Shown here: one piece after another, positions 1 to 10,537 of the stretch
Layout: each line of letters starts with the position of its first letter
Position numbering within the stretch: position 1 is the stretch's first letter
Assembly: GCA_000004985.1 (NCBI GenBank)
Contig: GG738853.1
Direction: 5' to 3' (one strand)
DNA: 64,000 nt
Source of the DNA: Naegleria gruberi
Taxonomy: Eukaryota
The notes under the pieces: generated by a model
What the model saw: only the letters and a program-made list of their open reading frames with translations
The model's database searches: none
What the model was told of the DNA's origin: nothing
Position numbers and translations under genes: made by a program

Positions 1-30
1 CAAGGATAATCCAAAGCATCACACACATAC

Positions 31-265
31 TTGGTACATTCAAAACAAGAGGCCACAGCAAAGGTAGCATTAGGAATATTACTACACATGGTATCGGAGC
101 AACACTGACAAGTACAAAATGTTGTCTTGTGTCTATCCTTTGGATCCAAATCAATATTAGATGGTTCTTCCCTTCCTTCAACAAGACCAATAGAAAGAAT
201 CAATGCATAGGAGATGAGCAATGCTGTAATCACCAGCAAAAAACATGATGATCGAATATTTTTCA
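31..265 (-). CDS. Partial first exon of a minus-strand gene (signal/TM segment then Cys-rich region); the gene continues beyond the window start
   Basis: The reverse complement of 1..265 begins ATG at 263-265 with an A-rich context. It reads MKNIRSSCFLLVITALLISYALILSIGLVEG...CTCQCCSDTMCSNIP...CFECTK and is followed by a GTATGT donor (complement of about 25-30). Signal-anchor-like hydrophobic N-terminus. Confidence 0.3.
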
Positions 266-694
266 TGGGCAGCAGATTTAATGCCATTTTTTAAATTGGA
301 GTTTCAAAGCTCCTGCCAACTATTAAATTAGCTCCATGACTTTAATTGTTATGTGGATTGCCTTACATAAAATTCCAATAAAATCCGAAGATGACCTACT
401 AGTAGTGATTAGTGTCATTCAAAGGTCTTTCTTCATTAATAATGAAAGAATGGTTCACAGAAGTGTTTTCAAGACAATTTGAAACCAATGACTTAAGTAC
501 AAACAACATGGCTCCTTTTGCAACCAATGATACAATTCAATTTATTTGTGAATCATATACGTTTGCATCTGATCAAGCAATCTTGAAATTGTGTTTTCAA
601 CAAACACAAAACCAGAATTTTTGTTTTTTCAATTTTAAAAATAAATTTAAAGGCCAAATCTGCTCGGTCTTGCTAAAACACAAACACAAAACAA

Positions 695-2272
695 ATGAGT
701 CAACAAGGATTACCTACCAGATCAAAGAGAATTCGTAACGATAAAGAAGAAAAAGCCGTTGATCAAAGTGACGAAAATGATGCTCAAGAGGAGAAAGATG
801 TTACACTACTGGATCGAGAGGAGAAAGAAGGTCTATTTGAAACGGTTGGAGGTTTAGCCATTGAAAAATTGGAAGAGAAGGATTGCAACATTCAATCACA
901 TTTTTCAATGTCAAACGACACAGGATCAGTTGTGGTCATCGATCAGGGATCTTCCTTTTCGAAAGGAATGATATTTACCAAAGATTCTAATGGAAAATTC
1001 AAAGAAGAATCGATCAGATTTAATGTTACTCCAAGAGCGATAGCTTCAGAGTTTGCACGAACCATTCTATATTACACACCATCAACTGATGAATATTTCC
1101 TATATAAGAACCCAAACTCTGATTCCATTCCTATCCATTCCCTCAAGAAACTTTTCACTGTATTGGAAGCCAATACCTACATTGTAAAGGATGAAAATGG
1201 CACTAGTTTTCCATTGAATGTATCCCTTTTAATGTTTAAATTCATTGAGAAGCTTCTCAGTGCAATTACATGGAGGAAGAAACAAACGAAATTCACCAGA
1301 AAAGTTGATACCTTCATTTTTACAGTTCCTACTGGTACACCACAACATGTGAAAGCTCTCTACAAATTGAACATTTTCAAAGCTATTCAGAAATGTTTTG
1401 AACATGGTTCAGCATTAAGGTTGAACAATATTTACGTCATTGAAGAGTATTTGCTATTGTACTATGCTAATATCAATGAGCAGTCAACAGATCAGATCCT
1501 TATGATTATTGATTTTGGTCACTTGACTGCAGATGTCACGGTAATTGACAAACTCCAAACTATTATTTATGCCAATGGTGAAGTTGGAGGTGTTTCAATG
1601 TTTCATAAAGTCATTGAAGAACTCACAAATGAAAATCCATTTGACGTCATGAGAAATATATTCGAAAGTCAAGATTCTGTCCTTCCAGAGAAGTACCAAT
1701 GGTTAGACAAGCCTTTCAGAGAGGTATGCAAAGAGATAATCCAACCAATTTTGGATGCCATTCTTCAAACTAACCCAGAACAGGTAGTTCTCTGTGGAGC
1801 TTTCATTTCGAATGGGTATTTTAAGGAACTTGTTAAAAGTATGCTAAACTTTGACAAATTGCAACAATACTATGATGGCAATGACTTCATTAGAAAGGAC
1901 GAATTCAAACCTCAACACTTTGAAATTGTTGAAATTGAAAACCCAGGAAGTGCCTTACTTGTTGGGGCTGCAAACATGTTACAGAGCAATGCACAGAATA
2001 TTTCATTTTCCAATGGTTTACCTGCTATTGTCAATATTCCAATAGATTTTGAAAGAAAATTACTTCCTTTTCAAACAAAAATTGCCTTCTTGTTTGAAGA
2101 TGAATATACCAATCAAGTCATGCTCAAATTGACTAAGAATGATAATTTCCTTTATGTTAAACAAGATGTTGAAATTTTCATTCTCAAAATTAGAAATACC
2201 ATTGATATGGAAAAGTTAGAAAACACCAATATCACCATGGATAACATAACAGATTGGCGTCTCAGAATTTGA
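695..2272 (+). CDS. Divergent Hsp70/actin-fold ATPase-like protein (NBD-only, 525 aa)
   Basis: Single ORF with an A-rich start context. Motifs resemble Hsp70 phosphate-1 (VVVIDQGSSFSKG), phosphate-2/connect (IIDFGHLTADVTVID) and adenosine (VVLCGAFISNGYFKELV). No substrate-binding domain is present. Confidence 0.5.
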   Translation: MSQQGLPTRSKRIRNDKEEKAVDQSDENDAQEEKDVTLLDREEKEGLFETVGGLAIEKLEEKDCNIQSHFSMSNDTGSVVVIDQGSSFSKGMIFTKDSNGKFKEESIRFNVTPRAIASEFARTILYYTPSTDEYFLYKNPNSDSIPIHSLKKLFTVLEANTYIVKDENGTSFPLNVSLLMFKFIEKLLSAITWRKKQTKFTRKVDTFIFTVPTGTPQHVKALYKLNIFKAIQKCFEHGSALRLNNIYVIEEYLLLYYANINEQSTDQILMIIDFGHLTADVTVIDKLQTIIYANGEVGGVSMFHKVIEELTNENPFDVMRNIFESQDSVLPEKYQWLDKPFREVCKEIIQPILDAILQTNPEQVVLCGAFISNGYFKELVKSMLNFDKLQQYYDGNDFIRKDEFKPQHFEIVEIENPGSALLVGAANMLQSNAQNISFSNGLPAIVNIPIDFERKLLPFQTKIAFLFEDEYTNQVMLKLTKNDNFLYVKQDVEIFILKIRNTIDMEKLENTNITMDNITDWRLRI

Positions 2273-2306
2273 AAGATTCACAACTGCAAATATATGGTTT
2301 GATCCA

Positions 2307-2921
2307 ATGTTAAAACTTCATCATGCAGCTTTTTTCATTGTTGGTGAGGTTCTCCAAGATCATGTTTTTGTTTCTATTATTTTCAAATCAGTTGGTCACT
2401 ACATTAGAAAGAGATTCAAAATTCCAAGAATTGGAAGAATGGAAAGAATTCCAATAACTGATGTTCTTGAAATTTTCACCACAGAAGAAGAAGAGGATAC
2501 CACTTGGTACGGAACCAAATATGATTTAAATATGGTTGTCACTGATTCTCGTGTTCACAGAGTTGATAAAAGTCAACTTTCAGAATTGGATGAAAACGAT
2601 TTCAAAATATTACTTTCTAAAGAAAATGTAATAACCAAAGAAGATCGTACTGAATATATTGAGAATTATGAGAGTAACATTCCAGCTCAAGAGAAAGGCG
2701 ATGCGAACAAGTACTGTGAACAGGTCAACTTTAAATGTATCTGTTGTGGAAAGGCCATTCAGAATGGCGATCAGAAACACAAATTTACCAGTCGTACTGT
2801 TTACCGTTTTAGAGAAGCATTTGGTGATAACAATATTCATCCTGGTTCTAGTTGTCATGACTGTTTCAAAATTCAAAGAAATTATTTCGACAGGAAAAGA
2901 GGTTCAAAGAAGAGAAAATAA
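2307..2921 (+). CDS. Hypothetical 204-aa protein with a C-terminal Cys/His cluster (possible zinc ribbon) and a basic tail
   Basis: ORF starts ATG at 2307. C-terminus reads CEQVNFKCICCGK...HPGSSCHDCF...RKRGSKKRK. No GT-AG join to the upstream gene is evident. Confidence 0.35.
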   Translation: MLKLHHAAFFIVGEVLQDHVFVSIIFKSVGHYIRKRFKIPRIGRMERIPITDVLEIFTTEEEEDTTWYGTKYDLNMVVTDSRVHRVDKSQLSELDENDFKILLSKENVITKEDRTEYIENYESNIPAQEKGDANKYCEQVNFKCICCGKAIQNGDQKHKFTSRTVYRFREAFGDNNIHPGSSCHDCFKIQRNYFDRKRGSKKRK

Positions 2922-3328
2922 TTCAAATTTCTCTAACATAACAATGATATTTATTCTATATTTCATTCTTGTTTCCAATAGAGAATCTTTCACTTTGACA
3001 CTGGTTTCAAATGGACTTTCTTCATCAAATTTATTTTGAGTTGACAAGATATTGTACATTATCTACAATATTGTACAGATGGAGTTTGAAGAATGAGTAG
3101 CATACTGCATTGAACAATACGATAGAAATTTTGTTGACGTCATTTGTAGCTGTTGAAGGAATTTGTTTTCCATGTTCTCTCAACAGGGTTCACCTCAATG
3201 GAAGAATGAACTTCAATTTATTTTCGAAATTTGAATAAAAATGAAGCTGAAATAATAATGAATTCAACAACAAAAACAAACGAACTAATTAACTTGTATA
3301 TAAACAAGACAAAACAATTGTTTGAAAA

Positions 3329-4477
3329 ATGTCATTCCTTAGATCATTCTTCACAAAGAAAACTGAAAAGAAAGTTGAAAGCGGTGGCTATGATGATTAT
3401 TCAGCAGACGAATCCTATGGAACTAGTTATTCTAGTAGTAGTGGTGGAAAAATTATTAAAGCAGACCATAAATCACAAGCAGGATATGATCAAGAACTAA
3501 TTGACCATAGTGAAAATATTGTTGATTTGGTTATTGTAATGGATTGTACTGGATCAATGTCAGGTGAAATTGATGCTGCCAAGAAAACAGTGCAAACAAT
3601 TTTGTCTAGCTTGAAAGATCACTTTAAAACAGATTTGAGATTCTCTGCCATTAGTTACAGAGACCACTCTGATGATTATGCAGTGAGAGAATTCCCATTT
3701 ACTAAAGACATTCAGAAAGCTAAAAGTTATATTGACACCATGTCAGCTCAAGGTGGAGGTGACCATCCAGAAGCTTTGGCATCTGCGCTCAAGGTTGTCA
3801 ATGAAATGCCATTCAATAAGAAGGGTAAAAAGATTTGTATTTGGATTGCAGATGCTCCACCTCATGGAATGAATTCCAATCAAGGTGCTGATAGCTATCC
3901 AGAAGGTTGTAAAGATGAAAATGGAAAGGTCATCGATTGGGTTAGATTGGGATCTGATTTACAAGAAAAGAATGTTTGCTTTTATTCATTGATTTGTGAA
4001 AGAGCTCAAGGAGATCAACAATTAGCTCTATTCATGGATTTCTTAGCAACCAAAACAGATGGTAAATGCATGTTATTGAAGAATGCTAACAAACTTCCTA
4101 ACTTGATTATCAATGGTTCAATTGAAAATGATGAAATGGATCAATTGGTTGCCAAGAAAATTGCAGAACTAGGTGAAGAAACTGTCAAACATATGAAAGA
4201 AGAAGAACTTGTTGAAAAGATTCAACAACTTTCCAAAGATGCCAAAATTAATCAAGTTCAAACATTTGAAATTTGTTCGACCAATACCAAGGAATTATTG
4301 AATTGTGATTCACTTTCAAAGGTCAACAAGGCATGGCTCAATACTGGTACTAATAATATTTCAATGAAAGGAGCTGAATCGGAGGAATGTTTCGAATATG
4401 CTTCTCAATGTTATACTGCTCCAAAATTGGAACACTACTCAAAAGCTTGTTCAAGAGCCATGAAATCCAAAAGATAA
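3329..4477 (+). CDS. von Willebrand factor A (vWA) domain protein, 382 aa
   Basis: aaaaATG start. vWA MIDAS-type start DLVIVMDCTGSMSGEI and the typical beta-alpha alternation. Ser/Gly-rich N-terminus. Confidence 0.6.
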   Translation: MSFLRSFFTKKTEKKVESGGYDDYSADESYGTSYSSSSGGKIIKADHKSQAGYDQELIDHSENIVDLVIVMDCTGSMSGEIDAAKKTVQTILSSLKDHFKTDLRFSAISYRDHSDDYAVREFPFTKDIQKAKSYIDTMSAQGGGDHPEALASALKVVNEMPFNKKGKKICIWIADAPPHGMNSNQGADSYPEGCKDENGKVIDWVRLGSDLQEKNVCFYSLICERAQGDQQLALFMDFLATKTDGKCMLLKNANKLPNLIINGSIENDEMDQLVAKKIAELGEETVKHMKEEELVEKIQQLSKDAKINQVQTFEICSTNTKELLNCDSLSKVNKAWLNTGTNNISMKGAESEECFEYASQCYTAPKLEHYSKACSRAMKSKR

Positions 4478-4554
4478 AAATTTTATAATGTAAATACTAT
4501 TTAATAAATAATGTAAATAAATTTTAAATTAAATTTAAAAATTAATTAAAAAAA

Positions 4555-7500
4555 ATGAGTGGAGTGCTTCATCATCAATCTCTATTAAAAGTCTTTCACG
4601 TAAAGGCTAAAAAAACAGGCAATATTGTGCGAGTGACCCGAGAGGTTTATACTCGTGATGATATTTATTGTCAATCTAGATCTTGTAAATTATGTAATCA
4701 TACAAATCCAGTGTTGGATGAACAGATAGAATCTTTATTAAAGTCATCCGATAAACAACAACAAGAACAACAATCGGACGATTCATCACCACCATCAAAT
4801 GAAACTCTGAATAAGAAACAACAACAACAACAAAAAAAGAAACAAGCAACAACAAAAAAGACTCTGATTAATAATGGCACTCTTGTGCATTATCTAGTAC
4901 CAACTTGTGAAGTAATTTTGAAATATTTGGAAATATTTGAAGTGAATGTCTTGAAGAATGTTGTTTTTTGTGAAACACTTTTTGAATATATTCACGATAA
5001 TGTAAAACATAGTAACAAAATGACGGGTAGTATTAAAGCTATTATTGCTGATAAGAATAATAGAAAGAGTATTCTTTATAGTAATGAACACTCTAATAGA
5101 ACATTGATCACTCCTAGAACTGAGAGCGAAACTATTGAAATGAGAAATGAAAGAGCAATTTTGAAAACAGCTGATTGGTATGCATCCCACTTGAAGGAAT
5201 CCAAAATAATTATTTGTCTTTTAGCAATTGATGAGGAACAATGTAAACGGTTGAATGAATTAAAAGATCAATCATTGGAAAATTTGAAAATAATGACATT
5301 AAAGGAATATTTGGCAAATAAGGAATATTACAAGCAGGATGCCAGTCGTATTGATTTGGAACAGCTCTATGAAAATGTTACCATAACAAAAGAACATGAA
5401 ACAGTGGATGATAATGAGTTTGGCTATCAAGACTACTTGACTCTTGATGTTATTGAACCTGGGTTGAACAGTGGAAAGTACTATAAGGGTGTTTTAAGAG
5501 TGAATCAATACAATTCTAGAAATGCTCATATCAAGACGACAATGAAACAAAACAATGGTATTATTGAAGAGGATGTATCTGTGAGAGTATTAGTGGAAGG
5601 ATCCGCAGACAGAAATAGAGCTGTTCATGGTGACATGGTAGTCATTGAATTAAAGCCAAAATCAGAATGGAAAAAGATAGGATCTGACGAATCTAGAACT
5701 GAACCAGTCGGTAGAGTTGTTGCAGTTTTGGAAAGAAATTGGAGAGAATATGTGGCATGTTTGGAGGAGAGCAAAAATAATACTGGAGACTATCTTTTGG
5801 CCATTCCTATCGATTCTAGGATTCCAAAAATCAGAATCAAGACTAAACAAAAGAATGTACTGGAAAATATGAGACTCATTGTAAGAATTAGTGATTGGGA
5901 AAAGAAATCAAAATATCCAAGTGGATACTATGTAAGAACTTTGGGACCAATTGGAGATTTGGATACAGAAACAGAAGGATTACTTGTTGAAAATCAACTC
6001 TTCACAAGTACATTGCCATTCAGTGATTTGGCACTTAGTGAGCTTCCTCCAGTTAGTAGTGGAGCAGAGTTCAAAATACCACAAGCCGAAATTCAAAAGA
6101 GAAGAGACATTAGAAAGACTCACCTTGTCTGTTCTATTGATCCTATTGGATGTGAAGACATTGACGACGCTTTATCAGTTAAAAAACTTAGTAATGGTAA
6201 TATTGAAGTTGGTGTGCATATTGCAGATGTTTCATATTACATCAAATATGATGGCTATCTTGATTTAGAGGCAAGGAGAAGATCCACAACAGTCTATTTG
6301 ATCGATAGAAGATTAGATATGATTCCTACATTGCTTAGTGCTGATTTATGTTCTATTCGACAGGGACAAGACAGATTATGTGTTTCTGTGTTTTGGGAAT
6401 TTAACAAAGAGGGCGAAGTGGTAGATACTTGGTATGGAAGAACAATCCTCAATTCCAAGTATGCATTGCACTACGAACAAGCAGACGAGCTTGTAAACGG
6501 AAAGTATCCAAACAAGGATAGAAAGCCAGCCATTGTAGAAAGAAATGGAAAAGTTGTTTGGAAAGAAAATGATGTTCATCCAGACGATATTCAAAAGCTC
6601 AAGAAGGATATTGGAGCATTACAACAGCTAGGTACTTTGATTCAAAAGAAACGTTTGAAGGATGGTGCATTGGAATTAAATGATTTGGAGGCTGTTTCCT
6701 TCAAATTGGATAATGCCAAGAACCCTGTTAAAATTGAAACAAAGGATGATTTATTAATTCATCATACTGTAGCTGAGTGGATGATTTTAGCTAACGCCTA
6801 TGTTGCAAAGAAGATTTACGATTCCTTCCCAGTTGCTGCTTGTTTAAGAAGACACCCTTATCCTATGAAGGATAAATTCCAACAAGTTATCAAAGTGGCT
6901 GGAAGTAGAGGATTCGAAATTGATTTGGAATCAGGAAATTCATTATCTAATTCTCTTGACAGAGCAGAGGATCCAGAAGACAAATATGTTAATTTATTAA
7001 TTCGTTCCTTGACAACTAGAGCCATGTCAGAAGCTGAATATTTCTCTACTGGTACCTTACCTGTTGATGACTTTGTTCACTACGGTCTTGCTTTACAATT
7101 TTATACCCACTTTACTTCACCTATTAGAAGATATGCCGATATTGTTGTACATAGATTATTATTATGGGCTATTAACAATGAACCAAATCCATTTTCAACA
7201 AGTAAATTGGATGAAATGAGCAAATATATGAATAATGTAAATAGAGCAAGTAAGCTAGCTCAAATGGAAAGCTCTGAATGGTTTAAAGCCAATTACTTTA
7301 GGGAACACAAAGATACTATCGAGGATGCAATTATTTTCAATATCAAATCAAATGCTATTTATATATTCATTCCTACCTTTAGAATTAAAGGTATTATTTA
7401 TTTCACTACAAAGGAAGGAGAATTTATAATTCCAGAAACTGAACAAAAGAAGTATCAACTTCCAACACTATCGCCAAATAATCAAGCACACAATGGCTAC

Positions 7501-8106
7501 AAGGTAGATCTCCAATTCTTAGAGGAAAACATTAGAAATATTTATTTGAATGTACTTGTTAAAGGAAAGGATACAGACTGTTACACTTTCCACATTTTCG
7601 ACCATGTCAGAGTCAAAATTAATATTAATGAGTCTAGGTCACATCTTCCAAAAGTCCAATTAGATCTAGTTACCCTTAAGGCCAGCAAGACAATTTCAAT
7701 CAATCAAGCATCTTCTAATAGCGACAAGAAATCTGTGGAAAAGATGATGCTTCAGAACTATAAGGATAAGAAGCAAAAAGAAAAGCAAAGTCAAGCTCTT
7801 GCTACCACTACTTCTGCTGATGATATTGAGTATCTTCAAAGAGGAGGACTCTACAATTACTTCCAAACCACTCAAAAAATGCATCCAAATATTAAGGTAA
7901 CGTCTACAGAATTGGAACAGGAGGAAATCAAGGAATTACATAAGAAAAAGAAAGCCATCCAAAAACGTCTCTCTGACATTCAAGATATCAAAAAGAAGGA
8001 AGAACAAACTGAGGAAGAAAAGGAAAAGCTTACCACTCAGGAAAAGTATGAAAAGAACTTGCTTAAAATCGAAAAGAAATTGTCAAAGCTCAATCTTAGT
8101 AAATAA
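4555..8106 (+). CDS. DIS3/Rrp44-family 3'-5' exoribonuclease (CR3 motif, PIN-like region, RNB domain) with a poly-Q insert and a K/E-rich coiled-coil C-terminal extension
   Basis: aaaaaaaATG start. N-terminus REVYTRDDIYCQSRSCKLC resembles the Rrp44 CR3 motif. NERAILKTADWYASHL matches the PIN region. RNB catalytic motif CSIDPIGCEDIDDALS and HYGLALQFYTHFTSPIRRYADIVVHR are present. The first PIN acidic residue appears substituted (LVPTCEV where Rrp44 has LDTNVV). Confidence 0.8.
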   Translation: MSGVLHHQSLLKVFHVKAKKTGNIVRVTREVYTRDDIYCQSRSCKLCNHTNPVLDEQIESLLKSSDKQQQEQQSDDSSPPSNETLNKKQQQQQKKKQATTKKTLINNGTLVHYLVPTCEVILKYLEIFEVNVLKNVVFCETLFEYIHDNVKHSNKMTGSIKAIIADKNNRKSILYSNEHSNRTLITPRTESETIEMRNERAILKTADWYASHLKESKIIICLLAIDEEQCKRLNELKDQSLENLKIMTLKEYLANKEYYKQDASRIDLEQLYENVTITKEHETVDDNEFGYQDYLTLDVIEPGLNSGKYYKGVLRVNQYNSRNAHIKTTMKQNNGIIEEDVSVRVLVEGSADRNRAVHGDMVVIELKPKSEWKKIGSDESRTEPVGRVVAVLERNWREYVACLEESKNNTGDYLLAIPIDSRIPKIRIKTKQKNVLENMRLIVRISDWEKKSKYPSGYYVRTLGPIGDLDTETEGLLVENQLFTSTLPFSDLALSELPPVSSGAEFKIPQAEIQKRRDIRKTHLVCSIDPIGCEDIDDALSVKKLSNGNIEVGVHIADVSYYIKYDGYLDLEARRRSTTVYLIDRRLDMIPTLLSADLCSIRQGQDRLCVSVFWEFNKEGEVVDTWYGRTILNSKYALHYEQADELVNGKYPNKDRKPAIVERNGKVVWKENDVHPDDIQKLKKDIGALQQLGTLIQKKRLKDGALELNDLEAVSFKLDNAKNPVKIETKDDLLIHHTVAEWMILANAYVAKKIYDSFPVAACLRRHPYPMKDKFQQVIKVAGSRGFEIDLESGNSLSNSLDRAEDPEDKYVNLLIRSLTTRAMSEAEYFSTGTLPVDDFVHYGLALQFYTHFTSPIRRYADIVVHRLLLWAINNEPNPFSTSKLDEMSKYMNNVNRASKLAQMESSEWFKANYFREHKDTIEDAIIFNIKSNAIYIFIPTFRIKGIIYFTTKEGEFIIPETEQKKYQLPTLSPNNQAHNGYKVDLQFLEENIRNIYLNVLVKGKDTDCYTFHIFDHVRVKININESRSHLPKVQLDLVTLKASKTISINQASSNSDKKSVEKMMLQNYKDKKQKEKQSQALATTTSADDIEYLQRGGLYNYFQTTQKMHPNIKVTSTELEQEEIKELHKKKKAIQKRLSDIQDIKKKEEQTEEEKEKLTTQEKYEKNLLKIEKKLSKLNLSK
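4790..4862 (+). repeat. CAA/CAG trinucleotide run encoding poly-Q inside the DIS3-family gene
   Basis: caacaacaagaacaacaa...aacaacaacaacaacaaaaaaagaaacaa is directly visible. Confidence 0.9.
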
Positions 8107-8112
8107 ATTAAT

Positions 8113-10047
8113 TTATTTGAATAATCGCTTGATAGCTTGGAAATAATTTCCATTTTCATATTCGCATTTTGCTAATAGTTTTTCAATATCCTTGCTCTTG
8201 TTGCTCATGGCAGAAAAGTCTGAATAAGCTTTCTCGAAATTTTGGGCCTTATAATTCACTACGCCTCTGTTATACAAGGCATTATCCAACACTCTTAAAT
8301 CATCCAATTCAATTTCTCCCTTTTCCTTGGTTGGTAAAAGAATCTCAATAATTCCAGTAATATCATTCAATGCTTTGGTAGAATAAGTTTCCAGAGATGT
8401 GTGATTAAAAAGAGTTAAATAAATATGATACCTATGATGTAGGGATTCAATCTTGTACTTTGGATCGAACAAGTCAGCCAAAACAATTGAGTCTTGGAGG
8501 ATCTTGAGTGCATCAGAAACTTTGTTGGTATCTGTTTCGATATATAGTAATGCCAATCTACACATTGTTGGAATTTGGAGTGATACTGCAAAATGTCTGT
8601 TAATTTCTTTTTCTTGTGATAAATCTGGTACCATTCTCAAAATTGTTTCATAATCCACAATCGCACTGTACTTGTCTTTTGTCATTTCATAACACTTTGC
8701 TCTGCAGAATAGACAAGTAATTTGATCTTCAGCACGTACAATGTTTTGAACATCAGCATCAAAGCTTTGGAATCTAGAGATGGCAGAGGTAAAATAAAAG
8801 ATAGCTTCTTCATATTGTCTCCTGAATGACATTTTCAATTTGGCAACCTCAAACCATGGTTGTAAATCAGCTCTATTAGACTCCACTGCTGTCATGAAGA
8901 ATTTTTCAGCGTTATCAATATCATTCTTCTCCAAATAGTTATTTCCTTTAAGAAGTAAAATAAAGGAAATATTTTTCTTATGCCTTTTCAATTCAGTTTT
9001 TCCCAAGTCTTCGGTTGAAACCTTTTGTAAAATATTATAACAAGCATCACAAGCTTGAATGGATTTTTCAAATTGACCTATTTTGTTCAGAGTCTTGGCT
9101 AACAATAAATTGGCAGAATAGTTGTCTGGATTGGTTTCTAAAAATTTAGATGTAAACTCTATACTTTTTGCAAAATTTCCAGATTTTTCGTGAGCTCGTG
9201 CAATATTAAAGTAAATTTTTGAAATTTCCTTTTCTGAGGAAAGTTCTGGCTCGCTTAGTCTAATTTCTAAAGATTTTTCGAATATTTCAAGTGCCTCTTC
9301 AGCTGCTGACCTTTCCAATAAAAGGAACCCCAAATTATTGAGTGATTCAGAATAAACTTTCTTCACTTTGACATTCTTTTGTTCAATGGCATCGTAAAAT
9401 CCAACAGATTCATAGTAATTTTTCTCTGCATCACTATATTTCTCATGTTCAAAATAATACACAGCTCTATTATGTAAAATATCAATCTTTGATTGTTTTG
9501 TCATGTCATTATCTGGATATTCATTCAAAATTTCCATACATTTATCCATATCGTTAAGAGCAAGAGCATGTTCACCCTTTAACAGATAAGTCTTCGATCG
9601 TTGTAAATATGGCAAATAATTATTTGGTTTCATTTCAATACAATCCGAAAAGGCTTCTGAAGCCTTGTGTAATACTCGTTTTTCTAAATAATCCTCTCCT
9701 TCATTAAACATTTCATCAAAGGATTTATCAAAAACTCTCTGTTTAGTAACAACAGTGGTGGCTTGTGGTTTTTCATCAACAATTAAATTCTTATTTTCCT
9801 CAAATTGTTTAACCAAATCCACTTCCAACTCTTCCTCATCGGAAGCCTTCTTCTTAACCTCCTTCAAAAAACTATTCAATTTAATTTCTCTTGCCTTGAC
9901 CATACAAGTTGAGGAAAATCCTCTTCTCACACTCGAAGGAAGGATATTGTTACTCTTTAACAGAGTTATTCTACTATTGTTGATGTTAGTACGTCCCACC
10001 AATACCGATAAAGATGAGGAGAATACCCTCAAGCTTTGTCTTTTCAT
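8113..10047 (-). CDS. TPR-repeat protein (644 aa) with an N-terminal basic/Ser-rich presequence, possibly mitochondrial
   Basis: Continuous minus-strand ORF. Repeated about 34-aa helical units with A/Y/L/N-E-K-A patterns (for example AEEALEIFEKSLEI and YFNIARAHEKSGNFAKSIEF). N-terminus MKRQSLRVFSSSLSVLVGR. Confidence 0.6.
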   Translation of the reverse strand: MKRQSLRVFSSSLSVLVGRTNINNSRITLLKSNNILPSSVRRGFSSTCMVKAREIKLNSFLKEVKKKASDEEELEVDLVKQFEENKNLIVDEKPQATTVVTKQRVFDKSFDEMFNEGEDYLEKRVLHKASEAFSDCIEMKPNNYLPYLQRSKTYLLKGEHALALNDMDKCMEILNEYPDNDMTKQSKIDILHNRAVYYFEHEKYSDAEKNYYESVGFYDAIEQKNVKVKKVYSESLNNLGFLLLERSAAEEALEIFEKSLEIRLSEPELSSEKEISKIYFNIARAHEKSGNFAKSIEFTSKFLETNPDNYSANLLLAKTLNKIGQFEKSIQACDACYNILQKVSTEDLGKTELKRHKKNISFILLLKGNNYLEKNDIDNAEKFFMTAVESNRADLQPWFEVAKLKMSFRRQYEEAIFYFTSAISRFQSFDADVQNIVRAEDQITCLFCRAKCYEMTKDKYSAIVDYETILRMVPDLSQEKEINRHFAVSLQIPTMCRLALLYIETDTNKVSDALKILQDSIVLADLFDPKYKIESLHHRYHIYLTLFNHTSLETYSTKALNDITGIIEILLPTKEKGEIELDDLRVLDNALYNRGVVNYKAQNFEKAYSDFSAMSNKSKDIEKLLAKCEYENGNYFQAIKRLFK

Positions 10048-10537
10048 TTTTTCATCATGAATTTTTTAAAATATTAAATAAAATAATCATGATGCTGTGA
10101 TGATGGTAAAAATTCATCATCGGAATAACAAGGAATATTATCTATTTGCTTATTAATTCAGACTAGACTTAAGTTTTGATTTTGTTTCTGTTGGTGGAAT
10201 AAATTGGTCCGCACTTCCTTCGCTTCTTCTTTCTAACACAATTCGAAAATAGAACAACAAGAAGTTAAAAAAATTTACAAATCCATTCTTGTGCACAGCA
10301 TCAATAGTTCTTCTTTCTGTGTGGTTGATATTGTTTGGCTTGAAAATTCTTCTTCGTTAGTCGTTAGCCATCATCATCATCTTCATTATTTGATTGTTAT
10401 TGATAAAAACAATTAAAAAAATAGTAGAACATCAACTCCATACCACAAGAGAGATAATATTTTGTTTGCTCGGACGATCATCAAAATATTATCATCATCT
10501 TTGATCTTTACATCATCAACAATATTAAAATCGGAAA

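Noticed and set aside
412-738. 108-aa ORF immediately upstream of, and overlapping, the Hsp70-like gene start
   Set aside because: Low-complexity translation and no start context. More likely 5' UTR or promoter sequence of the 695..2272 gene.
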